Positions 1-14,530 of a DNA stretch of 64,000 nucleotides are shown here, piece by piece (position 1 is the first letter of the stretch; each line of letters begins with the position of its first letter). Source of the DNA: Eledone cirrhosa (taxonomy: Eukaryota); assembly GCA_964016885.1 (NCBI GenBank), contig OZ024741.1, positions 81,034,001 to 81,098,000 of the forward strand, given 5' to 3'. Below the pieces are notes generated by a model, which saw only the letters and a list, made by a program, of their open reading frames with translations, was not told the origin of the DNA and ran no database searches. The translations under genes and the position numbers were made by a program.

Positions 1-820
1 TGAATCAGGACTTAGTTGGGGAAAAGCGTGTTCGAAACGACACAGGTGCACTTAGCATCATTGATGCTCAAAAGGAGAGGTTGATAGATTTTCCAACCTA
101 AATGATCTAATTAACAGTGGAGGAGATTGCTTCAAGAGCATAATAGGTAGAATAAAAACAGGATGGAAAAGTTCAGGAAACTACTACCTCTGTTGACAAC
201 AAAAGGCTGGTTGTATGATGCCTGTGTGTGATGTGCAGTACTGCATGGTAGTGAGACATGAGCAGCAAATGGAGAAGATTTGTGAAGGTTATAGAGACTG
301 AAGTGAGCATGCTTTGATGGATGTGCAATGTTAATGTGTGTAAATGACAAAGCATGGATGAGCTGAGAGAAAACTGGGTATAAGAAGAATCATATGTAGT
401 GAACAAGGGAGAAGACGATGTAGTTATGGATGATTGCTGGGTGAAGAAGTGCCAATAAATCCCAATTGGAGGAAGACCTGGTTAGAGATGGTGAGAGCTG
501 ATCTCAAATCTCCGAAGCTCTCACAGATGATGAAGGAATACTGTGCTGCTGATATATATATATATATGATAAATTAGGTCAAATAAATTTGCATTCTCAA
601 CTATTTTGTATAGAGTACTCAATTGAAATGGTTCTTTCTTACTCCTGTAGCAAGAAAAACTAAAACACTAACTGTGTTACTATCATGATAAAATGCACTT
701 GGTAGCGCACAGGATCACATGTTAGGCCCCCATCCCACATAGAGGTCAGATGCTCTACTTGAGTGCTGATGATACATCCAACCCTTGCTAGCAGAGAAAA
801 TGGACATTAAACAATAATGA
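1..820 (+). mobile_element. Degenerate internally deleted RTE fragment
   Basis: GEKRVRNDTGALS...; RTGWKKFRKLLPLLTTK; LYDACV; LHGSET; tail cccttgctagcagagaaaatggacattaaa near 782-815. Confidence 0.7.
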
Positions 821-852
821 CACACACATATATATATATTATGTATGAGATA

Positions 853-857
<5 letters not shown>

Positions 858-907
<50 letters not shown>
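858..907. repeat. (GA)n microsatellite
   Basis: About 25 GA units. Confidence 0.95.
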
Positions 908-911
<4 letters not shown>

Positions 912-2994
912 GATTTGTATGTATGCATGTGTGTGTAAAGTGATGATAAAGAAATGATCATAAGACATATATTTCATAGCTTAGAACTGACAGCAAAGGC
1001 CATGCCATTGTGAAGGATATCAGGCTTAAAGAATGACAGCAATATTAAAGAAGCCTTAATTTAATCCTTCCACATCCATCTAATATGCCAACTTTTACTG
1101 AAATGTTAACTATGCTAGAGCTAGACTACAAATATCTTTGGATCTTTACTTTGGCTATATAAAAAAATACTCTGCATGTGGAGATATGAATCATTTTCTA
1201 GAAAGATGCCCTCTAATCATTATTTCCCCAACAAAGACAGCATGCGCCACCTTGTCATAGACAAACCTACATCTACAATATTTACCATATATATATTGGG
1301 TGTCTTGTAATATTGCCTTCAGCTGCATGGTCAACAAGTAGCCACTGAGAGTAATCTCAGTAATATAATTAAAACTATATATTATACTCTACTGAGGTAT
1401 TGAACACTTTTTCCCTTGGTAATCCAAACAAATTATAGATATTAATTTCTCAATGTTTAACCCCATCTTTTCAAATGAATTAGTTTCTCAATTTCAACTT
1501 TTACATTAACACTGTTTCAATTCATTCAATTCATTCTTTATGAATGGCTGCAGATTCATACTCTCCCCTGTTTCAACCCTTGGTCATCACTCTCTTAGTC
1601 CCATTTACCAAAAAAGAAGAGATTCTGCATGGCTTGGAAAATTTCCTTTTGTGTTGTCGAGGACAAGACAACCTCTTTAGTGTTGGTGTCACAATAAAAT
1701 CTGCTCAGTACACTCTGTAAAGTGGTTGACAAAATGGAGACAACACAGGGTAGAGAGGACAGTTTGGTGTTGCCAAGGAAAATAAAATATGCTCATTACG
1801 CTGTAGAGTAGTAGTCAGTAAAATAGAATGGAGACAATGTAGAGTAGGGAGGACTCTTTAGTCTTGTCAAAGATATGAGAGCCACCTCTCTAGTGCTGGT
1901 GCCACAACAAAATGTACTCAGTACTGCAAAAGGCTTGTTGAGAAGAGCACCCGGCTGTAGAAATCATGCCAAAATTTGATAGACGAACATTCATTGTGAA
2001 TTATCTGTACAATGAATGATGCAGACTTAACAAAGAATTTACAGGATATTAAAGAGAATCACTCACAACGGAGGGTTAAAGGATCTAATTGACACAGCAT
2101 GTGGTGTACAGTTTTACAAAGAACAATTATAGAAGTAGAATCTCTCCAACTTCCTTCTTTCTCTATATTTCTATACCAATAAATAAAAGAAAAAAATGTA
2201 CATTTTACTAGCAATAGCCTGAGGATGTGTGTGTATATATATACACATACATATGTATATATATATCATATACATACACACATGCACACACGTGTATATA
2301 TATATATATATATATCATACACATGCACACACAGACACTGGTTGGTTTCTTAATTAACAAACAAAGCTACAGTAGTACAAATCATGTAGCGTTAAGTTAG
2401 TTAGGTGTCCTGACTACCCTGGAGATACAATGTAATACCAGAGTCAAGGTGAACAAAAGACACGTCTAACTTGCAGTTAGTCGCACGCAACAATGACACG
2501 AGGACATGCGTGAGATGTGAATGGAGCAACACAGTGTGGTTAGCAATGAAAGGCATCGTGCAGTTATTAGTAAATTTCTACAGACAGTTCCCTGTAGGAA
2601 ATACTACTGAGTTGAATATGCATACACACATACAGGCACATATACACACCCACACACACCCACATGTGCATATACACAGATGCAAATCATACACCCACTT
2701 GCATGTGAGAATGATGATAATAATGAGAAAAAAATAGAAAAAAAGGAGAATAAGTATAAGAATAAGAAAGAGGAGGAGGAGAAGAAGAAGAATGGAAACA
2801 AAGAATTAAGAGGAGGCTGGAGAAGAAGAGAAGGTAATAGAATTCGTCCAAAGTATCTGTCATCCTATTGCTAACTTATCGTGGTGGCTAAGTAGAGGGC
2901 AGCAGGTTGGCAAGAGGGTTTGGATGGTTAATTCAGTGATACTATCTCTAAGAGCACCTGGTGAAATCAGCGTCAGACCCAGGATCCGTTGCCA

Positions 2995-3515
2995 GACTGG
3001 CTGAAGACCACAAGACATAGTATTAGCTGAAGACTACAAGACATAGTATTGGCTGAAGACAGCAAGCCGGCATAGTACTGGTTGAAGACCACAAGCTGAC
3101 ATAGAACTGGATGAAGACCACAAGCTGACATAGAACTGGATGAAGACCACAAGCTGACATAGAACTGGATGAAGACCACAAGCTGACATAGTACTGGTTG
3201 AAGACCACAAGCTGACATAGTACTGGTTGAAGATCACAAGCTGACATAGAACTGGATGAAGACCACAAGCTGACATAGAACTGGATGAAGACCACAAGCT
3301 GACATAGAACTGGGTGAAGACCACAAGCTGACATAGAACTGGATGAAGACCACAAGCTGACATAGTACTGGTTGAAGACCACAAGCTGACATAGTACTGG
3401 TTGAAGACCACAAGCTGACATAGAACTGGTTGAAGACCACAAGCTGACATAGAACTGGGTGAAGACCACAAGCTGACATAGAACTGGATGAAGACAACAA
3501 GCCAAATAGTACTAT
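2995..3515. repeat. 29-bp minisatellite, about 18 copies (AGCTGACATAGAACTGGATGAAGACCACA)
   Basis: Period of 29 bp (GCTGAC at 3095, 3124, ...). Variants GAACTGGAT/GTACTGGTT/GAACTGGGT; degenerate edges. Confidence 0.95.
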
Positions 3516-3899
3516 CTGGCTGCTCTCTGACATCCTGGGTCCCAGAACCTATTTACTGTAGTCGGGATGGAGATGACCATAGCAGTGGAAACATTTGGTG
3601 TCCTGGATGCCCAAACCATCTTGCTATTTGTTCTAATTGGGATGGAGATGGTCATCCTCCACTCCTTCTCTACCCCCTCTATTTCGCTAGCTTCTTTTAG
3701 AGGATGACGATGATTAGATTTCTTAAAAAAGAATCAAAGAGGGGCTAACCCTATCGATTCCAAGTTGTTCTTGGTTTTACAAATACTAAACTGTTTATTT
3801 TAAAGTCTAAAAACCTTCCATCATAATTTCAAGTAAGAACCTTTAAGTTAAGTTATATTTCAAACACTAGCTTATTTATGAGAAAGTTCTCTTTTTCTT

Positions 3900-4500
3900 A
3901 ACCCATTTATTCCTGTAGCATCTCACCTCCTCCACTAGTTCCTGCTTCTTACCTGTAATGGTTGTAATGTTCCAGGTTCCAATTATCAAGGTTTGCTCCC
4001 TTCTGAACCCGCTTTGGGGTTTCAGGTTACGCAATCTCTGTGCGTCTATCCCAGGACAAGTCGCAAGTCCATCGCCAGTCTTTACGGCATGAAATGGAGA
4101 CTGCGGTATATTTTTTTAATAAGCCCCTCTACCTAAGGCCTGAATGAGCCCCTTGTTAACCCATGCAAAGAGCAAAGCGGTATGATTCTTTTCTTTTACC
4201 TCTCACCATATTACAGTTTTGGAGGTCGTACTTGCACCAGTCACCAATGTTGTACTTTCTCATACCCACGAAGACTAGTCTTTTTTAGAGGCAGTCTTTA
4301 CTTGCGTTGTCATAGCTACATCACTGGGTTGTGAGAGTTTTCTTGGGAGCTACAGATTGTCACCCATTGCTCCATCTCCCCAAATAGTTTACCACTATTG
4401 GTCCAGGATTGCTCACTTATATCGCAACTAACCATTACATCTGATGGCTGTATTCCTATTCGCCACCTGGGACCCATTCTCTAGCAGTACAACTCTCCCA
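3900..4500 (-). mobile_element. 5' end of an RTE/APE-type LINE (5' UTR plus endonuclease start)
   Basis: Minus frame near 3900-3995 reads LIIGTWNITTITGKKQELVEEV, an APE endonuclease N-terminal motif. Confidence 0.6.
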
Positions 4501-4729
4501 AGAATATGAGAAAGTTAAATTATTAAATATTTCCCAAATTCTTGATTACTTTCAAAATTATTTGAAAACCATAGACAGTATCTTTTATTAGAAATATGGT
4601 AACCTTTGTTACAGCAGCTTAACCCTTTCATTACCACATTTCTACTGCAAGACATTACCTTTAATTTTCAATTAATTTGGAAAGCTGATCAAGATTGTTA
4701 AGGGATATAATAATGTAATTTTCTCAATA

Positions 4730-4953
4730 TTAACCCTTCAACATTTACATTACTCTATATTTACCATTGTATTTTCATGGTAAAGGCTTTACCTCACATA
4801 AATATTTCACATAATATCGAATTTATGAGATTTTGATATTATTTTGAGAACAATACTTTAACATCAGTATGAGTGGTCAGTTACAGCCAGTTTGAACAGA
4901 AAGAGGTGAGAGAATTCTGGTTGGATACAGCTAATTTAAATGCTAAATGGTTA
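4730..4953 (+). mobile_element. piggyBac-type MITE nested in an older TTAA MITE (4619-5091)
   Basis: Same internal sequence as 51625-51851. The outer element runs TTAACCCTTTCATTACC...AAAAGGGTTAA. Confidence 0.7.
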
Positions 4954-7032
4954 TGTGGGTGTTTGAAGCATAACTTAAAGATTCTTACATAGAATGGAAG
5001 GTTTTAAGATAAATATAAACACTTTGAAACAAACAGCTTAATATCTTAAAAATAGAGGCAGCTTCCAGCAGATTGGCATCAAAAGGGTTAACGCACTTAC
5101 AAGAGGGTAATGATGATTAAATTTCCTCAAAAAGAATGAAGTGCAAAAATGGGTTAAAAATATAACCCCGAAAAGTATTTAGCTCCATAAATGTTCCTTC
5201 AAATACACTAGCAAATAATTCTTTTTTGAATAGTCATTAAATTTACTGAATAGTGATAAATAAATTTAGTAATTGGTGCATTTAGTGAGTAAAGTGGTTT
5301 TTAATGATGGGGCCTCCTGATAAACATCGCCACCATCACCATTACAGCTCCCCCTCTCCACCATCATCATCAAAGACAACAGCAACAACAAGAAACACAC
5401 ATGTACACAAGGCCGAATGAATATAAAACAATGTTTGTTGGAAGTTCAAATGTCCTGAAGACCTGGAAGGGAGAAAGGGAAGTTATACGGGTGAGGAGAG
5501 CAGTGGGAAAGAAAGGAGAAAAACAAATAATGAAAAATAAATAGACAGTCATTTGCCTTTCCTCATTGACACACAAGTTATATATTAATAGAGACATTAC
5601 AGGGAGGGGCTTATGTTGGTAGACAAAAGATATATATATACACACACACAAGTGGAATGTAATTTTAATTACCCATCAATATTATTAAAAATAAAAAAAA
5701 TGAATTCAACTAATTAGCAAGTTCATCTTTCAATATAGGCTAATTTAGATGTGTTTAATGTGATTTTTTTTTCTACAAGCTTTGAAAATTTGTATTTAAA
5801 ATAACTAGAATTCTATTCAAACTAAGACAAGACAGTCAGTGATATGAAATCAAGGTGTACCTCAAACAGAGACATCAATTAACTATATTTAGAATACACA
5901 CATAACATGAATTTTTTGGCAACCGATCACCTGGTATCTCTTTTAATTCAGGCATAATTATGAGTGCACTCATGAATTTCTTCTGACCTACCAGGAGATT
6001 AATACTTCCCCCAAATACCCTTGGTTCTCTGAAACAAAGCCATACATTTTAAAGTTCTATCTAAATAAAATCTAACATAATTTGATATAAGAACCTTGTG
6101 TTAACTTATGTTCAAATCCCATATTAATAATGAAAGTGTTAATTCACAAGAGGTTAGTGTGTGGTGTTAGATTTATTTTAAAGCATTTATGTCTTCACGT
6201 CAATGTAGTTGAGGGAAATTGTTTCTTCAAAAATAACTCACTCTCTTATAGGCCATTTCCATGACTTGATGCTTCCTCTCCAAAGGTGGCATGAACCCAA
6301 CCCAAGGTGGTATGGACCCCACCTCATACCCATCAATGTTTCTCTATGCCACATAAAAGTACCCAGTCCACACTGTAAAGTGGCAATGCTTGTGCCACAT
6401 TAAAAGCACCCAGCCCATCCTGTATGGTAGTAATGCTGGAGACATGATATAATGCTATCAGTACATGTTTTAAAGTGGTTGGCATTAATTAGGAAAGGCA
6501 TCCAGACATAGAAACTTAGCCAAAAACAGAGCAAATGACCAAGACATGGTCACCTGTCTAGACTGGCCTCAATATGTGGCAGTCCCTCTGACACATGCAA
6601 GCATGGAAAATAGATGTTAAATGGTGATGATGATAATATCATATTTGAGGGATAGGAAGAGCATTTCTGACTTCATATTATGTTTTGGTGAATTATGGAA
6701 AGGAAAAAAAATTGCATGGATTTAATAATATAACTAACTTTCATATTATTAAGCTGGTGTTTAGAGTATAACTTAACAAAGGCTCTAGCATAAAATTATG
6801 GCAGAAGGTTTTTAGATAAATCAAAACATTTTAAAATATAAAGCCTTATAGAACCAGGAGTAGTTTCAGCTGGTGTTTGTGAACAAAAAATCCTAACGAA
6901 AGTCTCTACAAAATTATGATGGAAATTGTTTTAGATCAATATAAACATTTTAAAATATATAATTTAGTATCATAGAAAAAGTGAGGGATAGCATATAAGA
7001 GAGGAAGTAGTGTGTAATTAGGAGTTACATAC

Positions 7033-7156
7033 CTTTTGTTCATAGATTTTGTTACCTGTGATATTTGACAGGTAGATGAATTCCAAGTGTATAGATCCAA
7101 ACTCAGCCAATATTGAGCAACCACCTGAGGCCCAACCCCAATTGTGAGCTCCACCA
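7033..7156 (-). CDS. MAN1A: Internal exon of MAN1A-like mannosidase: (T)GGAHNWGWASGGCSILAEFGSIHLEFIYLSNITGNKIYEQK
   Basis: tttttccttcag|TGG...CAAAAG|gtatgt, 124 bp, phase 2-0. NWxWASGGxSILAEFGxxHLEF is typical of the Golgi MAN1A subfamily. Phase is compatible with the preceding exon. Confidence 0.96.
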
Positions 7157-8309
7157 CTGAAGGAAAAAGACAAAATATAATGAAAAATTTAATTGAATGA
7201 CATACACATCATCATTATCAACATCACCATCAATTCATTTGATGTCCACTTTCCCTGCTAGCAAGGGTTGGATAGATTGCCAGCTGACTGAGTTAGTACT
7301 CAAAGTGCAGGTAGAGACCCTGTGATGGGATGGGAGTCTGCATCCCCCGTTTCTGCACCCTACGGAGTGTTCAGATGAGCCAGCGGCCCATGACTCATAT
7401 ACAATCCCACACACTACTGAGTGCATTTTATTGTGACACTGGTGTTGGCCAAATTGGTATCAAAAGGATTAAAAGTTATTAGCCTGGTATATAAATATTC
7501 TTCCTTTTTAAAAACTCTTTTGTTACCATATTCATAAAAAAGACACTTCCTACGACTTGCAAATAATTTTGAAAATAATAGATAATTTGGAAGAAATTTG
7601 TTAAATAACATTTTTCATTATTGAGCAGGTGTTTGGAGCTTAAATGTTCTTTGGTGTGGTGATAGGAAGAGTATCCGATTGTACAACATTACTTCAAATA
7701 GAACCTCCTGATGAGTTGATTAACTATTTTGATACTAAACTATTCTTGATTATACAATACAAAGTGTTTTCAATTTATATAAAAAACCTATCATAATTTT
7801 ATGTAAGAACCTTTATGTTCTAAACATTAGCTTATTTATTTGATAGTCTTGATTACTTTCAAAATTATTTGAAAATCATGGAGCCCACAAGGCTAAGTCA
7901 TGCCTCAGCAGGGATAATGGCTTTAAAACATTTGTATTTTGTTTTTCTTTCAAAACACAGTCTCATGTGAAATATATCCTGTGACATTATACCAGATCTC
8001 TGTTTGTATAACGGGAAAAAAAAAAAAAGATTTGAGGATAAGTTGATTTCTAAAAGTAGAAGGGAGACTAAAATAGATTTTTAATCACTGCTTGGCAATA
8101 TCAGGTAGTTGCCGCTAGTAAATAAACATATGGAAACATTGATATGTTCTAGCATTGCTGATAAACATGGCTGTGTATTCTACAACTGCTGATAAATATC
8201 TCAGAAAATTAGCCAGCGTCTTAACATTAGAGGGGAAATCAGAGAAGTGTTTACCAGTTCACACAAATACAAATTATGTACAAATTTATCAACAATTATA
8301 TATTGATTC

Positions 8310-8725
8310 CTAATATAGGTACAAGGCCAGAAAATTTGAAGGAAGAGTAAAGATGATTAAATCAACTCCAGTATTTGACTGGTACTTTATTTTATTGACC
8401 TCAGAAGGATGAAAGGCAAAATTAATCGCGGCAGGATTTGAATTCAGAATGAAAAGAGCCAGAACAAATACAGTAATGGCACTTTATCCACAGTTCTGCT
8501 GATTTTGCCAATCCACCAGCCTTTTGTCAGCACTTAGAACATTAGATACATGCTTAGTAGTTTTTGTTCCAGTTCTTTACATTGCCAAGGTCAGCTTTGC
8601 CCGTCATCCCTTTGAGGTTGATAAAATACAGTACCTGTCAAGTACTGGAATTGATATAATTGACTTTCCCCGTTACCTCTAAAATTGCTGGCCTTGTGTC
8701 AAAATTAGAAAATTATTATTATTAG
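8310..8725. mobile_element. Two older SINE-A-like copies in head-to-head orientation
   Basis: Minus copy about 8310-8520 (ggatgaaaggcaaa...gatttgaattcag) and plus copy about 8530-8725 (ctttgcccgtcatcc...ataaaatacagtacc). Confidence 0.6.
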
Positions 8726-9731
8726 TTTTGTTTTTAATTGTATTACTGCATTACTGAGCACAGATCTACATTTGCACTGTCTAGGAGTACTATTTTCTGT
8801 ATATTGTATATATTTTGATAGTCCTGAAGTTTGGGTTATGTATGTGTCTGGTTTATTTTTTATCATTCCCAGAGCACCAATTGTACTAGGGATTGTTTGT
8901 TTTCATCATCCAGATTATTTCTATCTCCAGACCTTGATATCTATATAATTTCTCCATTTTTGTGAGATATATAGTTGCCTGTTGGGACTGATACATCAAG
9001 TAGAAGGTATTTATTTTCTTTGACTACAATATCTGGTTTATTAGCTTTGATTTCCCTGTCTGTATATTATATCCCACAGTATAGTTGCATTGTCATTTTC
9101 TGATATCTTATTATTATTACTATTATTATAATCCTTTCATTGGAAATATGGTAAAGAAAGGGTAAAGTGTTCATATTTATCTAAACAGCCTCCACTGTAA
9201 TTTTATGTAAGAACCTTTATAAAGTTATGCTCCAAATATCAGTTTGATAATATCAAAATTATATTATTAAATCCTTCCAAATTCTTGATAATTTCCAAAC
9301 TATTTGAAAATTATATGCAGTGTCTGTCATTAGATATATGGTAATGAAAGAGTTGAAGCTCAAATTTACTTTGCTTTGCTTATAATGTAATCATAAAGTA
9401 TCTGTGTGAGTGAGAGAGCGAGTGTGTGTGTGTCTATGAGAGAGAGAGAGAGAGAGAGAGTTTGTGTGCATGTGTGTATATATTTGCGCATGCTAATACC
9501 TACATGGTTAAGAAAATAACAATAACAAGAGACAAGAGATACTAGCAATGAGAAAATAAATGCCAGAGGGCTGATAACAGTTTCTAAAGTAATATCTGTT
9601 TCTAGAACATTCTTAGCTTTAAAATTGAATACAATTAACTATGTGTAGCATTTTGTGAAGGAAATGAAGAATTGGATAATTGTGGTACATATACAATAAG
9701 GTAACTATATATATATGTGTGGATATGTATG

Positions 9732-9766
<35 letters not shown>

Positions 9767-10005
9767 GAGTGTTTGTGTGTTAAAAACAAAGTGAGGTTTC
9801 ACATTAAAGTCTTTATTGATTATACACAATTATGACCGTTTCACAGATGGGTGGCTCAGGATCCATGTGAATGCTATAGACCAGACTCCAGCCTGGTCTG
9901 CTCATCAGACTTTTTAATCAAGCCAAACTTCTTCAGTAAACCACAAATCTACATGTTAGTGTGGCTGAACAATGAAGTATGGATGAGTTGAGAAATAAGC
10001 CAGGT

Positions 10006-10206
10006 TTAACCCTTTAGCATTCACATTACTTTATATATACTTTTATATTTTCATGGTAAATGCTTTATCTCACATAATATTGAATCTATGAAATTTTGAA
10101 AGTATTTATTTTAAGAATAATACCATATCAGTTTGAGTGACCAGTTACAGCCAGTTTCAACAGAAAAAGGTAGAGAATTCTGGCCGGTTTGAACATTAAA
10201 GGGTTA
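10006..10206 (+). mobile_element. piggyBac-type MITE, same family
   Basis: TTAACCCTTTAGCATTCAC...GAACATTAAAGGGTTAA. Inserted in a decayed RTE fragment. Confidence 0.8.
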
Positions 10207-10900
10207 AGAGGAATCAAATGTAGTTTACAGGAAAGAAGACTGCACCTGTATGGTCATGTGACACGCATGGACAATGATTGTTGGGCGAAGAAGTGTTAAG
10301 AAATCCCTGTCAAAGGAATCTAGAATAGGAGACGAAGGAAGGAAATTGTAAGAATTATTCTAGTTCTATTGTTTTGGCTATGATGGCTAGACTGTCATAT
10401 GAAGATTGGGTAAGATAGAACAGGCACAAAATTTCTGATAATGGAATTTGCCATTCTGTAGAAACCATGTGAAAATGGGAGAAATGTTTGAAAGTAAGGT
10501 GAGGCTCATTGCCCATCTGGAAGGGCAGTAACTTCAATTAAGTATTGACCTGGTCTGTGACAACCTGTCCAACCTATGCCATGATAATGATGGAGGAGAT
10601 GAAGAGGGGGATGAAAAGACTGGCTGACACATACACACATCAGGTAGAAACTTTCATTTACAGTTTCATATTTTGAGGAAATTATTAGAACGAGCTGTAA
10701 ACAAGGATGATGATGATGAAGGATGAGGAGGAGAAGGAAAAGAAAGAACAGAAGTTTTTCCAATGATGATGATGATGAGAAGTAGGAGGCACAAGGTGGA
10801 GGAGGACAAAGAGGAGCAGCAACAGACGTTTTCTCCAGAACTTTCAAAAGTGGCTAGATAATGAATCTTCAAAGGAAACTGATTAAGTGAGAGATGAACC

Positions 10901-10948
<48 letters not shown>

Positions 10949-11631
10949 CAATAAAAAAGATAAAATAAAATAAAAAAAATAAAAATAAATATTTAAAAAT
11001 ACATAAAAATAATATGACAAAAAATATAAATACCCCAGAAATTCTTGAAGAGTAAAAAATTTTTTTCTCTTTCCGAACAATCTTTAAAGTAATCAATCTC
11101 ATATTGTAATGTAAAAACAGCTGTCACAATTGCACCAGAGCTCACAAATACTGCACACATACATACATGTCTGTCCATTATGCTTATATGCATTTCTTGT
11201 TCCAGTAATTTAATTTCCTTGTTAAATAATTTCATCTCCATTATGGATTAGTGATTAGATTAAATGGCTGGGTTGCTGCTGCTGTTGTCATTGTTCAAAG
11301 AGTGAGAATGGATAAAGAGTGGGTGGGTGTCAGGTTTTGGGAGTTTGACCCAACAAGGTTGAGGCCAAAAGTGATTCATTTGCGGTAGCATAAGCTGTAT
11401 TAGACCTCTGTCAGTTCTCATGAACATTCCAGTTGTTTGACTAGTCAATGAAATTAAAACACAAATGGCTGAGCATTCCATTAGACATATGCACCCATAA
11501 CATAGTCTTCAGGAAGATTCAGCATGCTAACCCTTTTAGTCATCTCAAACGACATGGAGGGATACAGTGTAATTATTCTAAACCTGATACACACAAATGA
11601 TAATGAAGGTAAAATAAAACAAGGTACTCAC

Positions 11632-11726
11632 GTCTTAAGGTTGATCATTGATTGTGGTATACCAGTCGGAGTATCAAATGCTGGGAGCAGTTTATTTCCG
11701 ACATCTATGGCTTTATCTTTAAACAT
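11632..11726 (-). CDS. MAN1A: Internal exon of MAN1A-like mannosidase: MFKDKAIDVGNKLLPAFDTPTGIPQSMINLK(T)
   Basis: ttgtag|ATG...AAGAC|gtgagt, 95 bp, phase 0-2. GH47 motif KLLPAFxTPTGIP. In frame with the 48240-48320 exon. Confidence 0.96.
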
Positions 11727-12223
11727 CTACAATTCAGAAAAAACAAAATATACAGATTTACAGCAGTTGGAATTAATGAAGATTTAACACTTTCATTACC
11801 ATACTTCCCATGAAAGATACTGCCTATGATTTTCAAATAAGCAAGAATTTGAAGTGATTTTGTAATATAACTAACTTTCTCATTAATAAGACAATGTTTA
11901 GAACAACTTAAAGTTTTAAAGAAAATTTGAAGGAAAGAATTTAGATAAATATAAACACTTAAACACAGTTTTGTATTGTATGTAGACCCCGAAGCAGTTT
12001 CAGGCAATTTCAAAAAAGTTAATATAAAAATAGGAGTATTTAAATTAAGAACTAATTATCATGAGTGGTTCATATTAACAACTGTATAGCATTTTTGTTC
12101 GTCTGTCACATGGATGCATTGTCAACTTTTATTTAGAATTTATGGAACACAAAAATAACAATGATGGGCAAGGCTCGAATGTTCTGAAATTCTATAATTC
12201 ATATCAGAAATCAGTGTTATATC

Positions 12224-14066
12224 ATTATCATCATTGTTTTTACGTCTATTTTTCCACACTTGCATGGGTTGGGCGGGTCCTTCTCAGCACAGCATCCCTC
12301 TATTAATCATATTCCTTCATCATCTCCTCTGAGTTTTAATGATTTGAGGTCAGCTCTCACAACCTCTGTCTAGGTTTTTCTTGGTCCACCTCTACTGCAG
12401 CTTCCTTTCAATGGGATTTGCCGGTATTTCTTCACCCAGCGATCATCATCCATGCGCATCAGACTTCTCTCCTGCACACCACTCCGAATTCCTTTTAAAC
12501 CCAGCTTCTTCCTCAGCTCATCCAAGCTCTACCTTTCTCTCACACTTGTATTGCACAACCAAAAAAAGCATGGCTACTTAATTTCTCTCCATCACTCCAG
12601 TCTATGCATGACCTCTGCAGTCACTGCCCATGTTTCACAACCATGCAACATCGCACTTTGCACACAGGTGTCATACACTCGTCCTTTTGTACATAAGAAA
12701 CCTCCACTGTTAATTAAGTCACCTAGGTATCAGAAGCAATCAATCATTTCTATGGACCCTTCTTGTGACTGGAAAAGGCTTATATCACCAGCACTTTTCC
12801 TCTTGATTATCCCTGTGTATCTTCTACATACAAAGTATTCCCTTCCTGTTAGTCTACCCATTATCCCACTATAATTTTTGTTTTCACAAGATTTACATTG
12901 TGCACATTGTATGGAGTTTATGCCTACTTTCCTGAAGGAATCAGGGTCCTTTCTTCTTTGCTACTCACTAGCACTTTAGTTTTGGTTAAGTTTATTCTCA
13001 GACCATTTGATTCCAAATTCTGTTTCCATAGTCAAAACTTATTTTCTAGTTCTTTTATGGTTTCAGCTATAAGGACCAAATCACCTGCAGAGAGAAGTTC
13101 CCATGGGCAGCCCATTTAAAATGCCTCTGTTATGGCCTGGAGAACTATGATGAATAGCAGTGGGCTAAGAACTGAACCCTGATGAACTCCTTCCTATCTG
13201 TACCTTGAATTCTTCACTGAACTCATTTCCTATTCTCACTTTACTGACAGCTCCTCTGTACATTGCTTGCACTGCTCTCACAAGCCATTCTTCTACACCT
13301 ACCTTCCTTAAGGACCACCAGAAAATAAATCGAGGTACTCTATCAAAGGCTTTTTCTAGATAACAAAAGCTAAATATAGTGGTTTAATCTTGGCTAGGAA
13401 CTTCTCTTGTAGTTGCCTCATTAAGAAGAGGGCATCTGTAGTACTTTTCCCAGGTATGAAACCAAACTGCATCTCATCTATTTTAACTCTTTCCGTCACT
13501 TTCATAACTTGGTCCATTAGTTTTATTCCTCTATAGTTGATCCTTTCTAGAGCATCACCTTTGCCATTGTAACAATTTATGATAGTACTGATGTGCCTGT
13601 CATTGGGTATGACTGTCTTGTATTACCTGATTAACTATGTGGGTTACTATTTTGACTCCTACCTCTCCCGATGCCTTAAGCACCTCAGCAACTATTACTG
13701 ACAGTGCCACCACACCTTTACTGTTCTTCATATCTTTGATTGCTTCTTTGACCCTAAATCTGTCAACTTTAATGGCTGGTCCTTCCTTTGGTAAGTTGTG
13801 GTAGTTTCTCTTCCTCCCATTCATTCTCTATATTCATCAATCTCTCATAGTAACGTTTCCAGGCCTCTTTCTTTTGAGCATCAGTGGTGATAAATGTACT
13901 AGCGTCATTTCTAACACAATTTTCCCAAACAACATCCAAATTTACACTAACACACTGTCTTGCAATGTGGAACACTTCACGTCTCAAGACATTGGCAAAG
14001 TTTCTTTTTTCAGCTTCTCTCTGGGCAGTATATATCTGTCATCTAGCTTATCTCTTAACTACCCAG
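12224..14066 (-). mobile_element. Older degenerate RTE LINE (RT region to 3' tail)
   Basis: Decayed motifs KKEAWKRYYERLMNIENEW, AEVLKASGEVG, DEMQFGF, EKAFDRVP, GVHQGSVLSPLLF, WELL, with stops and frameshifts. Confidence 0.85.
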
Positions 14067-14345
14067 TAAGTGTGTGAAGTGAGTGGAGTAGATTTTAAAC
14101 TTGAGTCAAGTGAGCATGGACTGGGCATGGCTAGATGTGTACAATGGCGGCAGATGGAGAGGAACATGTTTGTGTAGGTGTGCATATAAAATAGCAGTTA
14201 ACGGTCTTACCCTCTGAGGTCATGCAGAGGTCTGAGGTAAAGAGAGGCCTTGTAAATCCTGGGTTTGCAGGAAGTGACAAGTTTGCTCTTTTTATTGGGA
14301 AACAAGATGTGTAGGGTCTCTTCCGTTTGACCTTTATTATGAGAC

Positions 14346-14530
14346 CGGTGGATTGGCAGTATCGGTAGAGGGTCGGACGCCATGCTTTGCAGCACAGTTA
14401 CGTCCCTTTACGGACTGAGTTCAAATCCCGCCGAGGTTAACTTTGCCTTTCATCCTTACGGGGTTGATAAAATAGAGTACCAGTAATACACTGAGATATT
14501 TGCTGACCTTGTGCTAAAAGTAGAAACAAT
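14346..14530 (+). mobile_element. tRNA-derived SINE family A
   Basis: A box TGGCAGTATCGG, B box GAGTTCAAATCC, body ACTTTGCCTTTCATCCTTACGGGGT, TSD ATTATGAGAC (14336-14345 / 14529-14538). Confidence 0.85.

Noticed and set aside
2385-2582. Solo LTR (TGTAG...CTACA)
   Set aside because: No TSD, PBS or PPT, and no second copy in the window.
2973-3533. Long overlapping minus-strand ORFs, and a possible CRISPR-like array
   Set aside because: A contiguous 29-bp tandem repeat with no unique spacers; the ORFs arise because the unit lacks stop codons.
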